A DNA stretch of 32,000 nt from Ideonella sp. (GTDB lineage Bacteria; Pseudomonadota; Gammaproteobacteria; Burkholderiales; Burkholderiaceae_C), in NCBI GenBank assembly GCA_015075165.1, contig JABTUY010000002.1, positions 875,868 to 907,867 on the forward strand, written 5' to 3'. Position 1 is the stretch's first letter. The number at the start of each line of letters is the position of its first letter. Below, in pieces: positions 1 through 7,863 of this stretch. The notes below the pieces were generated by a model. That model had not been told where the DNA came from, did no database searches, and worked only from the letters and a program-made list of their open reading frames with translations. The position numbers were made by a program, and so were the translations under genes.

Positions 1-1001
1 GCACCTCGACGCCCAAGCACTGGACCGGCGAGCCGCATGCCACGGTGCAGCTGCGGCTCGATTTCGACGGCGGCGTCACGCTGCTCACCGGCGCGGCCGA
101 CATCGGGCAGGGCTCGAACACGATGGCCGCGCAGTGTGCCGCCGAGGTGCTCGACGTTGCGCTCGCGCGCATCCGCGTGATCTCGGCCGACAGCGCCGTG
201 ACGCCCAAGGACAACGGCAGCTACTCGTCGCGCGTGACCTTCATGGTCGGCCGCGCGACGATCGCTGCCGCCACCGAGCTGCGCGAGCTGCTGCGCAAGG
301 CGGCGGCCGGCCGGCTCGAGGCCGACGCGGCCGACATCGAGGTGCGCGACGAGATGTTCTGCGTGCGCGGCACCGACCACGGCCTGAGCTGGATCGAGAC
401 GGTGCGCGCGGCGATGGTCAACAGCGGCGCCGTGACGGTCAAGGGCACCTACACCTGCCCGATCGAGTTCCAGGGCGACAAGAAGATCCGCGGCAGCGCG
501 ATCGGCGCCACGATGGGCTTCTGCTACGCGGCGCAGGTGGTCGAGGCGTCGGTCGACGAGCTCACCGGCAAGGTCACGGCGCACAAGGTGTGGGTGGCGG
601 TGGACGTCGGCCGCGCGCTCAACCCGCTGGCCGTCGAGGGCCAGACACAGGGCGGCGTGTGGATGGGCATGGGCCAGGCGCTGTCGGAGGCGACCGAGTA
701 CGACGACGGCCGCATGCTGCACGGCAACCTGCTCGACTACCGCGTGCCGACCATCGTCGAGAGCCCCGATATCGAGGTGCTGATCGTCGAGAGCGTCGAC
801 CCGAACGGACCGTTCGGTGCCAAGGAGGCATCCGAGGGCATGCTCGCGGGCTTCCTGCCGGCGCTGCGCGAGGCGGTGCAGGAGGCCGCCGGCGTCAGCT
901 GCGACGTGTTTCCGCTCAGCCCCGATCGCATCGTCGAGCTGCTCGACAAGCGCGACGCAGCGAAGAAGGTGCCCGCGCGCCGCGCCGAGGAGGTTCGATG
1001 A
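1..1001 (+). CDS. hcrA: 4-hydroxybenzoyl-CoA reductase alpha (molybdopterin) subunit, C-terminal part; the gene starts upstream of the window
   Basis: The frame of ORF 45..1001 is open back to base 3 (TSTPKHWTGEPHAT...). It shows xanthine-dehydrogenase-family Mo-cofactor domain motifs (GAADIGQGS, VDVGRALNP, GQTQGGVWMGMG, PFGAKEASE). Its stop overlaps the hcrB start (ATGA at 998-1001). Calling it Hcr rather than a generic Mo-hydroxylase rests on the diagnostic neighbour hcrB and the phenol-pathway context. Confidence 0.8.
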   Translation, partial: TSTPKHWTGEPHATVQLRLDFDGGVTLLTGAADIGQGSNTMAAQCAAEVLDVALARIRVISADSAVTPKDNGSYSSRVTFMVGRATIAAATELRELLRKAAAGRLEADAADIEVRDEMFCVRGTDHGLSWIETVRAAMVNSGAVTVKGTYTCPIEFQGDKKIRGSAIGATMGFCYAAQVVEASVDELTGKVTAHKVWVAVDVGRALNPLAVEGQTQGGVWMGMGQALSEATEYDDGRMLHGNLLDYRVPTIVESPDIEVLIVESVDPNGPFGAKEASEGMLAGFLPALREAVQEAAGVSCDVFPLSPDRIVELLDKRDAAKKVPARRAEEVR

Positions 1002-1972
1002 ACGCGTTGCACGAATTGCGCACCGTGCGCCCGGCGAGCGTCGACGACGCGACGCGCGCGCTGGTCGAAGGCGGCGCGCAGCCGCTGGCCGGCGGTACCG
1101 ACCTGCTGCCCAACCTGCGCCGCGGCATCGGCACGCCGCGCACGCTGGTCGACCTGACCGCCGTGGCGGCGCTCGACACCATCGCGCCGCTGCCCGACGG
1201 CAGCGTGCGCCTGGGCGCCGCGACCACGCTGGCCGCGCTGGCGCGTGATGCCGCGGTGTGTGCCGGCTGGCCGGTGTTGGCCAAGGCCGCCGGCCTGGTT
1301 GCCGGCCCGACGCACCGCGAGGCCGCCACGCTCGGCGGCAACCTGTGCCAGGACACGCGCTGCGTGTTCTACAACCAGAGCGACTGGTGGCGTGCCGGCA
1401 ATGGCTACTGCCTGAAGTACCGCGGCGACAAATGCCATGTGGTCGTCAAGAGCGACCGCTGCTATGCCACCTACCACGGCGACGTGGCGCCGGCGCTGAT
1501 CGTGCTCGACGCGCGCGCCGAGATCGCCGGCCCCGGCGGCGCGCGCACGCTGCCGCTGGCGGCGCTGTTCGTCGAGGACGGCAAGGCGCGGCTGACGCTC
1601 GCGGCCGGCGAGTGGCTGACGCGAATCGTCGTGCCACCGGCCGCCGGCTGGCGCGCCGACTGCGCCAAGGCGCGCGTGCGCGACGCAGTCGACTTCGCGC
1701 TCGCCGGCGCCGCGGTGGCGCTGCGCCGCGACGGCGACCGGATGGCCGGCCTGCGCGTGGCGATCACCGGCACCAACTCGGCGCCGTTGGCCGTGCCGAC
1801 CGGCGACGTCATCGGTCGGCCGTGGGATGCCGATGCCGCGCAGGCGCTGGCCAAGGCGGTGCAGGCCACCGGCAACGTGCTGGCCACCACCGTCGCGCCG
1901 GTGAAGTACCGGCGCCGCATGCTGCAGGCGCTGGTGCGCCGGCTCGTCGACGACCTCTGGAAGCAGCCCTAG
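998..1972 (+). CDS. hcrB: 4-hydroxybenzoyl-CoA reductase beta (FAD) subunit with [4Fe-4S]-binding insertion loop, 324 aa
   Basis: It starts at ATG 998 in the frame of track ORF 134..1972 (MNALHELRTV...). It has a CO-dehydrogenase-type FAD-binding fold (AGGTDLLPNL) plus an inserted Cys loop, CVFYNQSDWWRAGNGYCLKYRGDKCHVVVKSDRC. The cysteines fall at residues 122, 138, 146 and 155, which is the spacing I recall for the Thauera aromatica HcrB [4Fe-4S] ligands. Confidence 0.9.
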   Translation: MNALHELRTVRPASVDDATRALVEGGAQPLAGGTDLLPNLRRGIGTPRTLVDLTAVAALDTIAPLPDGSVRLGAATTLAALARDAAVCAGWPVLAKAAGLVAGPTHREAATLGGNLCQDTRCVFYNQSDWWRAGNGYCLKYRGDKCHVVVKSDRCYATYHGDVAPALIVLDARAEIAGPGGARTLPLAALFVEDGKARLTLAAGEWLTRIVVPPAAGWRADCAKARVRDAVDFALAGAAVALRRDGDRMAGLRVAITGTNSAPLAVPTGDVIGRPWDADAAQALAKAVQATGNVLATTVAPVKYRRRMLQALVRRLVDDLWKQP

Positions 1973-1993
1973 GGCCAGCAAAGGGAAGACCGC

Positions 1994-4333
1994 ATGACCC
2001 GCATCGCGCGCCGCGAACAGTTCTCGCCGCAGACCTTTCTGTGGGAGATCGACGCACCCGATGTCGCCGAGGCCGCCGAGGCCGGCCACTTCGTGATGCT
2101 GCGCCTGGACGACGCCGGCGAGCGCATTCCGCTCACCGTGGCCGACTACGACCGCACGCGCGGCACCATCACCGTGGTGGTGCAGTCGCTCGGCCGCACC
2201 ACGCGCGAGATGCGCGACAACTACCGCGAGGGCGACGAGTTCGCCGATTTCGTCGGCCCGCTCGGCCTGCCGCAGCACATCGACAAGGTGGGCCACGTCG
2301 TGCTGGTGGGCGGCGGGCTCGGTGTGGCGCCGGTGTTCCCGCAGCTGCGCGCGTTCAAGCAGGCCGGCAACCGCACCACCTGCATCGTCGGCTTTCGCAG
2401 CGCCGAGCTGGTGTTCTGGGACGACAAGCTGCGCGAGTTCGCCGACGAGCTGATCATCTGCACCGACGACGGCAGCAGCGGCCGCCCCGGGTTCGTCACC
2501 GGCGCGCTGCAGGCGCTGCTCGAGCGCGAGCGGCCCGACCTGGTGGTGGCGATCGGCCCGATGCCGATGATGCAGGCCTGCACCGAGACCACGCGCCCGT
2601 TCGGCGTGCCGACCAAGGTGTCGCTGAACACCATCATGGTCGACGGCACCGGCATGTGCGGCTCGTGCCGCGTCACGGTGGGCGGCGAGGTCAAGTTCGC
2701 CTGCGTCGACGGCCCCGATTTCGACGCGCACCAGATCGACTTCAAGGAGCTGCTGGCGCGGCAGAAGCGCTTCAAGGCGCAGGAGCAGCAGGCCAACGCC
2801 GACCTCGATCACGTGTGCAGCCTCGAAGAGCTGCTGGTCAAGCAGGGCAAGCGCACCTACAAGAAATACTCGGCGCTCGAGCGCACGCAGGTGCCGATGC
2901 CCGAGCGCGAGCCGGCCGAGCGCGCGCAGACCTTCGACGAGGTGAACCTGGGCTACGACTGGGCCGCCGCGCTGCGCGAATCCGAGCGCTGCATCCAGTG
3001 CCTGAAGCCCACCTGCATCGAAGGCTGCCCGGTGCGCATCGACATCCCGCGCTTCATCCGCCACCTGATGCTGCGTGACGTGGAGGGCGCGGTCGACGCC
3101 ATCCACGATTCGAGCCCGTTCCCGTCGGTGTGCGGCCGCGTCTGCCCGCAAGAGAGCCAGTGCGAGGCGCAGTGCGTGCTGGTCAAGGCCAAGATGCAGC
3201 CGGTGGCGATCGGCCGGCTCGAGCGTTTCGTGGGCGACCATGCGGCACAGCGCCCGGTGGCGCCGGTGCAGTTCGAGCGCGACGCCGGGCGCGTGGCGAT
3301 CGTCGGCTCGGGCCCCGGCGGCCTCGCGTGCGCGGCCGACCTGATCAAACTCGGCGTCGAAGTCACCGTGTACGAGGCGCTGCACGTCGTCGGCGGCGTG
3401 CTGCGCTACGGCATCCCGGCGTTCCGCCTGCCGCGCGACATCATCGACCGCGAGGTCAACCGCCTGCGCGACGCCGGCGTGAAGTTCGAGACCAACAAGG
3501 TCATCGGCAAGACGTTCACGATCGACCGGTTGACCGGTGCGATGGGGTTCGACGCCGTGTTCGTCGCCGCCGGCGCCGGCGCGCCGTCGTTCCTCGGCAT
3601 TCCGGGCGAATCGGCCGGCCAGGTCTATTCGGCCAACGAATTCCTGACGCGCGTGAACCTGATGGGCGGCGACCGCTTCCCGTACCGCGACACGCCGGTG
3701 GGCGCCGGCCAGCGCGTGATCGTGATCGGCGCCGGCAACACCGCGATGGACTGCCTGCGCACCGCGCGCCGGCTCGGCGCGGCCGAGGTGCGCTGCGTCT
3801 ACCGCCGCTCCGAGGCCGAGGCACCGGCGCGCGTGGAGGAGCTGCGCCACGCCAAGGAGGAGGGCGTGGTGTTCTCGTTTCTGCATGGGCCGTCGGCCGT
3901 GCTGCTCGACGACGCCGGCGACGTGCGCGGCCTGCGCGCGCAGCGCATGACGCTCGGCGAGCCCGACGCGCGTGGCCGCCGCTCGCCGGTGCCGGTGGAG
4001 GGCGACTTCGTCGAGTGGCCGTGCGACACCGTGATCTACGCGCTCGGCACCAAGGCCAACCCGATCGTCGGCCGCTCCACGCCGGGCCTGGCGCTCGACC
4101 GCCGCGGCTACATCGCGGCCGACGACACCACGCAGGCCACGTCGCTGCGCGGCGTGTTTGCCGGCGGCGACATCGTGACCGGCGGCGCCACCGTGATCCT
4201 GGCGATGGCCGCCGGCCGCCGCGCCGCGCGCGCGATCGGCGCCTGGCTGCACGGCGGTCGCGCCGACTGGCCGCCGTCGCCCGAGCAGGTGACGGCGTTC
4301 GAACCGCCGCAGCCGACCATCGTTGCGCCATGA
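1994..4333 (+). CDS. Fused NfnA-like (FAD/[2Fe-2S], PyrK-type) plus NfnB/GltD-like (2x[4Fe-4S], FAD, NAD(P)H) oxidoreductase, 779 aa
   Basis: It starts at ATG 1994 with AAGGGAAG upstream. The N-terminal ~280 aa are colinear with NfnA/sulfide dehydrogenase beta (GERIPLTVADYD, GGGLGVAP, IMVDGTGMCGSCRVTVGGEVKFACVDGPDFD). The C-terminal ~470 aa resemble the glutamate synthase small chain/NfnB (CIQCLKPTCIEGCP, CGRVCPQESQCEAQC, VAIVGSGPGGLACA, VIVIGAGNTAMDC). It is a single uninterrupted ORF. Confidence 0.85.
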   Translation: MTRIARREQFSPQTFLWEIDAPDVAEAAEAGHFVMLRLDDAGERIPLTVADYDRTRGTITVVVQSLGRTTREMRDNYREGDEFADFVGPLGLPQHIDKVGHVVLVGGGLGVAPVFPQLRAFKQAGNRTTCIVGFRSAELVFWDDKLREFADELIICTDDGSSGRPGFVTGALQALLERERPDLVVAIGPMPMMQACTETTRPFGVPTKVSLNTIMVDGTGMCGSCRVTVGGEVKFACVDGPDFDAHQIDFKELLARQKRFKAQEQQANADLDHVCSLEELLVKQGKRTYKKYSALERTQVPMPEREPAERAQTFDEVNLGYDWAAALRESERCIQCLKPTCIEGCPVRIDIPRFIRHLMLRDVEGAVDAIHDSSPFPSVCGRVCPQESQCEAQCVLVKAKMQPVAIGRLERFVGDHAAQRPVAPVQFERDAGRVAIVGSGPGGLACAADLIKLGVEVTVYEALHVVGGVLRYGIPAFRLPRDIIDREVNRLRDAGVKFETNKVIGKTFTIDRLTGAMGFDAVFVAAGAGAPSFLGIPGESAGQVYSANEFLTRVNLMGGDRFPYRDTPVGAGQRVIVIGAGNTAMDCLRTARRLGAAEVRCVYRRSEAEAPARVEELRHAKEEGVVFSFLHGPSAVLLDDAGDVRGLRAQRMTLGEPDARGRRSPVPVEGDFVEWPCDTVIYALGTKANPIVGRSTPGLALDRRGYIAADDTTQATSLRGVFAGGDIVTGGATVILAMAAGRRAARAIGAWLHGGRADWPPSPEQVTAFEPPQPTIVAP

Positions 4334-4361
4334 TGGCGCAGCGCCCACGAGGAGCCGCCCG

Positions 4362-6497
4362 ATGATGCTGTGCCCCAAGTGCCACCAGCCGCTGGCCGAC
4401 GAAGACGACGAGCCCTACATCTGCTGTGCCGGCGCGCCGATGCAGTGGCACTGCACCGGTTGCGGCAAGGTCAGCGAGGGCTTCGCGTTTCCGTATGGCC
4501 GCTGCCCGCTGTGCGCCGGTGCGCTCGAGTTGTACGGCGAGCAGCCGGCGATCGCGCACGATGAAGCCGCGTCGCTCGCTGCGGTGCGCACCGCGTTCGA
4601 GATCGAGCTCGGTGGCCGCGCGTTCTATCAGCGCGCCGCGGTGGCCTGCGACGACCCCGAGCTGCGCGCGCTGTTCGGCCGCTTCGCGGTGATGGAAGGC
4701 GAGCACATGGAGACGCTGGCGCGTCGCTATCACCTCGATCTGCCCGATCCGTCGCCGCAGCTCCACCTGGAGACTGCGGCGGTCTATGTCGGCACCGGCG
4801 AGGCGCCGCGCGACGCGGCAGGCTTGTTCAAGGTGGCCATCGGCCTCGAGAAGCGCGCGGTGGCGTTCTTCAGCGAGCGCGCCGGCCGCTGCGCGCCCGG
4901 CTCGGCCGAGCACCGGCTGTATGACGAACTGGCCGCCGAGGAGCGCGAGCACGCCAACATCCTGAGCACCGAGTTCGCGCGCTGGCGCGATCGCATGCCC
5001 GGCCTGTTCGGTGCGGCGCCGCGCCCCGCGTCATCACCCGACGCCGCGCCGCTCAACGCCGCCGAGCTGCTGCTGGCGGGGCACGACGACGACCGCATCG
5101 CGATCGAGTGCGGCGACGAGCGGCTCACCTACGCCGAGCTGCGCGACCGCGTGGCGCGCGCTGCCGCGGTCTGGCGTGCGAAAGGCCTGCGCCCGGGCGA
5201 TCGCGTGGCGGTCAAGCTGCCCGACGGGCTCGACTGGGTCGTCTGCTGGCTCGGCACCATCTGGGCCGGCGGTGTTGCGGTGGGCGTGAACCCGCGCGTG
5301 CCGGCACCCGAGTGGCACTACATCCTCGACGAGGCCGGCTTCAACGTCATCGTCGCCGAGTCCGATGCCGACACGCCCGAGCCGTGGCGCTCGCGCGTGC
5401 ACACGCTGGCCGATGGCCGCCACGCGGTGGCGGCGGCGCAGCCGGTGGCACCGGCGCAGGTCGACCCCGACACGCCAGCGTTCTGGCTGCACACCTCGGG
5501 CACGTCGGGCAAACCGAAGGCGGTGGTGCATGCGCACCGCTGCGTGCGCGAGGTGGGCCGCATCTCGGCCGAGCGCATGGGCATCCGCGCGAGCGACCGG
5601 CTGTACGCCAGCTCGAAGCTGTTCTTCGCCTACCCGCTGACCAACCTGCTGCTGGCCGGCCTGCGCATCGGCGCCACGCTGATCGTCGACCCGCAGTGGC
5701 CAACTCCGGAGTCGGTGGCCACTGCGGTGACCACGCGCCGCCCGAGCGTGCTGTTCAGCGTGCCGTCGCTGTACCGCACGCTGCTGCACGATGGCCGCGC
5801 GCGCGCGATCGCCGAGGCCGGCGTGCGCGTGTGCATCTCCGCTGGCGAGGCGCTGCCGGCCAGCCTGCGCCAGGCCTGGCGCGAGGCCACCGGGTTGCCG
5901 ATGATCGACGGCTACGGCGCCTCCGAGGTGCTGGTGCTGGTGCTCACCGCGGTCGACGGCGACGACGCGCTGTGCCTGTCGCCGGGCACGCAGGCCGAGC
6001 CGCTCGATGCCGCCGCGGCCGCCGCCGGCACGCCAACGCGGCTGTTGATCAGCAGCCCGATGCAGGCGCTGGGCTACCTCGACCGCCCGGCCGCGCAGGC
6101 CGACAGCTTCCGCGACGGGCGCTTCTGCCCGGCCGACCTGTTCGTGCCCACGGCCACCGGTGGCTGGCGCTTCGCCGGCCGCGAGGATTCGATGGTCAAG
6201 GTCAAGGGCCGCTGGGTGAACCTGGTCGATCTCGAGGAGCGCCTCGGCGCCGGCGTGCCCGGCCTGCGCGAGGGCGCAGCGGTGCTGATGCCCGATGCCG
6301 ACGGCATGGGCACGGTGGCGTACTTCTACGCCGCCGGCGCGAGCGATGCGGCGGTGAAGGCCGAACTCGAACGCCGCATCGCCGCGCTGCCGCCGTACCA
6401 GCGCCCGACGCGGCTGCAAGCGATCGACGCGCTGCCACGCACGGCCACCGGCAAGCTGCTGCGGCGCAAGCTGCTGGAGGGGCAAGGGGCGGGGTGA
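4362..6497 (+). CDS. Three-domain protein, 711 aa: N-terminal Cys-rich Zn-ribbon/rubredoxin-like domain, ferritin-like diiron (rubrerythrin-type) domain, and C-terminal benzoate/4-hydroxybenzoate-CoA ligase family adenylate-forming domain
   Basis: It starts at ATG 4362 with GGAG at 4351-4354. Cys motifs are CPKC, CC, CTGC and CPLC. The diiron ligand pattern E...ExxH...E...ExxH is present (EIELGGRAFY, MEGEHMETL, GLEKRAVAFF, AEEREHANIL). The AMP-binding core includes TSGTSGKPKAVVH, SKLFFAYPLTN, DGYGASE and PRTATGKLLRRKL. Pathway context points to 4-hydroxybenzoate-CoA ligase, but substrate specificity is not provable from sequence. Confidence 0.85.
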   Translation: MMLCPKCHQPLADEDDEPYICCAGAPMQWHCTGCGKVSEGFAFPYGRCPLCAGALELYGEQPAIAHDEAASLAAVRTAFEIELGGRAFYQRAAVACDDPELRALFGRFAVMEGEHMETLARRYHLDLPDPSPQLHLETAAVYVGTGEAPRDAAGLFKVAIGLEKRAVAFFSERAGRCAPGSAEHRLYDELAAEEREHANILSTEFARWRDRMPGLFGAAPRPASSPDAAPLNAAELLLAGHDDDRIAIECGDERLTYAELRDRVARAAAVWRAKGLRPGDRVAVKLPDGLDWVVCWLGTIWAGGVAVGVNPRVPAPEWHYILDEAGFNVIVAESDADTPEPWRSRVHTLADGRHAVAAAQPVAPAQVDPDTPAFWLHTSGTSGKPKAVVHAHRCVREVGRISAERMGIRASDRLYASSKLFFAYPLTNLLLAGLRIGATLIVDPQWPTPESVATAVTTRRPSVLFSVPSLYRTLLHDGRARAIAEAGVRVCISAGEALPASLRQAWREATGLPMIDGYGASEVLVLVLTAVDGDDALCLSPGTQAEPLDAAAAAAGTPTRLLISSPMQALGYLDRPAAQADSFRDGRFCPADLFVPTATGGWRFAGREDSMVKVKGRWVNLVDLEERLGAGVPGLREGAAVLMPDADGMGTVAYFYAAGASDAAVKAELERRIAALPPYQRPTRLQAIDALPRTATGKLLRRKLLEGQGAG

Positions 6498-6555
6498 GCT
6501 GTCTGCCGGCACTCGGTCGGCATGGGCGTTCGGTTCTCGATTCCTGATCGTTGGT

Positions 6556-6717
6556 TCTTCGGCGCTCGGCCTTCCGCGAGTGGCGCGTCCGCGCCGCGCC
6601 AGGCTGGCCCGTTGCGCTTCGTGTCCCCCGGCCCGGGCTCCCGCCCGGGCCTCCTCCTTCTACCTGCGCGCAACGGGCCGGCCTGTCACGGCGCTCGTGA
6701 GACAGCGAAGCACGCCC
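6556..6717. repeat. Copy A of a ~160 bp GC-rich structured intergenic repeat
   Basis: It aligns by eye at roughly 80% identity with 7447..7617 in direct orientation. It contains a nested inverted repeat: outer arms GGCCCGTTGCGC / GCGCAACGGGCC and inner arms GGCCCGGGC / GCCCGGGCC. Confidence 0.75.
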
Positions 6718-6745
6718 TTGCTATGGCTTGGATACACTCTTCGCC

Positions 6746-7030
6746 ATGCACCCGCTGATCGAAGCCCATCGCGCTGACCTGCTGGCAATCGCTCGGCGGC
6801 GGGGCATTGCGCGTGTGCGCGTGTTCGGCTCGATGAGCCGTGGCGACGCGCGTGACGACAGTGATGTCGACCTGTTGGTGACGCTCCTGCCGGGCACGAG
6901 TGCGCTGGCCATGGGTGGGCTGCTGCTGGACGCGCAGGAGTTGCTGGGCCGCCGTGTCGACGTCGTCACCGAAGCGAGCCTGCACCCGGCGCTCCGTGAG
7001 CGCGTGCTGGCAGACGCCGTGCCGCTGTGA
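6746..7030 (+). CDS. mntA: MNT-type nucleotidyltransferase antitoxin (MntA family)
   Basis: ATG 6746 is preferred; the track ORF starts at TTG 6728. It carries the nucleotidyltransferase motif FGSMSRGDARDDSDVDLLV (GS..G..D.D). Its end shares a 4-nt GTGA overlap with the downstream HEPN gene. Confidence 0.8.
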   Translation: MHPLIEAHRADLLAIARRRGIARVRVFGSMSRGDARDDSDVDLLVTLLPGTSALAMGGLLLDAQELLGRRVDVVTEASLHPALRERVLADAVPL

Positions 7031-7383
7031 ACGCTGGCCCCGACGCAGATCGGGTGTTGCTGGCGCACATGCTCGACTGTCTGGGCCGCATCCACGAGTA
7101 CACAAACGGCGACCGCGCCGGTTTCGACGCGTCGCGCCTGGTGCAGGACGCGGTCATCCGCAATCTGCAGACCCTGACCGAATCGAGCCAGCGCCTGTCC
7201 AGTGAGATCAAGGCAACCGAGCCGCAGATCCCGTGGCGCGAACTCGCGGGCTTCCGGAACATCATCGTTCACGGCCATCTTGGCGTCGATCTGCCGGCAG
7301 TCTGGCTGGTGGTCGAGCAGGATCTGCCCGCGCTGGCCGCCGCCGTGAACCGGATGATCACGCGAGCCGGCAGACCGGGCTGA
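7027..7383 (+). CDS. hepT: HEPN-domain (DUF86) toxin, HepT family
   Basis: The GTG start overlaps the mntA stop. The R-x4-H HEPN motif is present in FRNIIVHGH. The size (118 aa) and gene order (MNT then HEPN) are typical of this pair. Confidence 0.8.
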   Translation: MNAGPDADRVLLAHMLDCLGRIHEYTNGDRAGFDASRLVQDAVIRNLQTLTESSQRLSSEIKATEPQIPWRELAGFRNIIVHGHLGVDLPAVWLVVEQDLPALAAAVNRMITRAGRPG

Positions 7384-7446
7384 TGCCTTCGACTGCGACG
7401 GCTTGGTCGTACCCAAGGCGCGTTGCTGTGGGGTCACGAGCAATCT

Positions 7447-7617
7447 CTTCCGTGGGCGCTCGATGTCGGCATCTTCCGGTTGGCGAGTCCGCGCCGCGCC
7501 AGGCTGGCCTGTTGCGCCACCTGTCCCCCGGCCCGGGCTGCGCCCGGACCTCCTCCTTTGCTTTGCGCGCAACTGGCCAGCCGGTCACGGCACTCGTGAA
7601 TCACCGTGGCACGCCCC
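7447..7617. repeat. Copy B of the ~160 bp structured intergenic repeat
   Basis: It is a direct repeat of 6556..6717 and shares the core GTCCGCGCCGCGCCAGGCTGGCC.GTTGCGC....TGTCCCCCGGCCCGGGC. Its outer stem is GGCCTGTTGCGC / GCGCAACTGGCC, with one mismatch. Confidence 0.75.
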
Positions 7618-7713
7618 GTCTTCAGCGAGGTTCGTACGCGACGCAGGCACAGATGAAGTTGGCTCGCGCGAACATCTTCCTGCGCCTTGTACGTCACCGC
7701 CATACACTGCCGC

Positions 7714-7863
7714 GTGCTGACCATCTGGGAGACGCCAACCTTTTTGTCCGAGGCGGCGCGAGTCTGGTCCGATGATGGGCGCTTGAAATCTTCTCATCGA
7801 TCGCCAAGAACGAACCTTGAAGATGCCCGCACGCAAGTCAGTCGAGACGCCATCCTCGGGTGA
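7714..7863 (+). pseudogene. Possible remnant of a RelE/HigB-like (COG4737-type) toxin gene, apparently internally deleted
   Basis: A 49-codon frame (GTG 7714 to TGA 7861-7863) begins MLTIWETPTFLSEAARVWSDD. This resembles the conserved N-terminus I recall for toxins partnered with COG2944-type XRE antitoxins. The rest is unrelated sequence and runs into the antitoxin start. Confidence 0.3.

Noticed and set aside
134-997. The 5' two-thirds of track ORF 134..1972 (612 aa)
   Set aside because: It lies out of frame over hcrA and encodes Arg/Gly-rich nonsense. The real hcrB begins at ATG 998, where the FAD-subunit similarity starts and the start overlaps the hcrA stop.
737-4378. A 1213 aa ORF on the minus strand spanning hcrA, hcrB and the Nfn-like gene
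   Set aside because: It is antisense to three genes with strong motif support. Its translation is Arg/Ala/Gly/His-rich low-complexity sequence with no recognisable domain. Long stop-free antisense frames are expected at about 70% GC. The same reasoning applies to the minus-strand ORFs 3516..4952, 5034..6512, 11469..13589, 12968..14995, 15431..17095, 18069..19562, 19523..21196, 21037..22149, 23010..24158, 27350..29218 and 28774..30201.
4995-6497. The internal in-frame ATG 4995 (MPGLFGAAP...) as the start of a stand-alone ~500 aa CoA ligase
   Set aside because: There is no Shine-Dalgarno-like sequence upstream and no stop codon ending the rubrerythrin-like part, so the fusion is the simplest reading. 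The possibility is kept as the explicit refutation test for the fusion finding.
6522-6777. Small ORFs 6522..6758 and 6580..6777 (and 7403..7720, 7233..7775) overlapping the repeats
   Set aside because: Their sequence similarity to each other comes from the underlying DNA repeat. They show no start context, no codon-bias signal and no domain.
6556-7617. Interpreting the two structured repeats as integron attC sites, with the TA pair as a gene cassette
   Set aside because: attC sites read RYYYAAC ... GTTRRRY. Here the order on either strand is GTTGCGC ... GCGCAAC, the core bases deviate from the consensus, and no integron integrase or attI is in the window.
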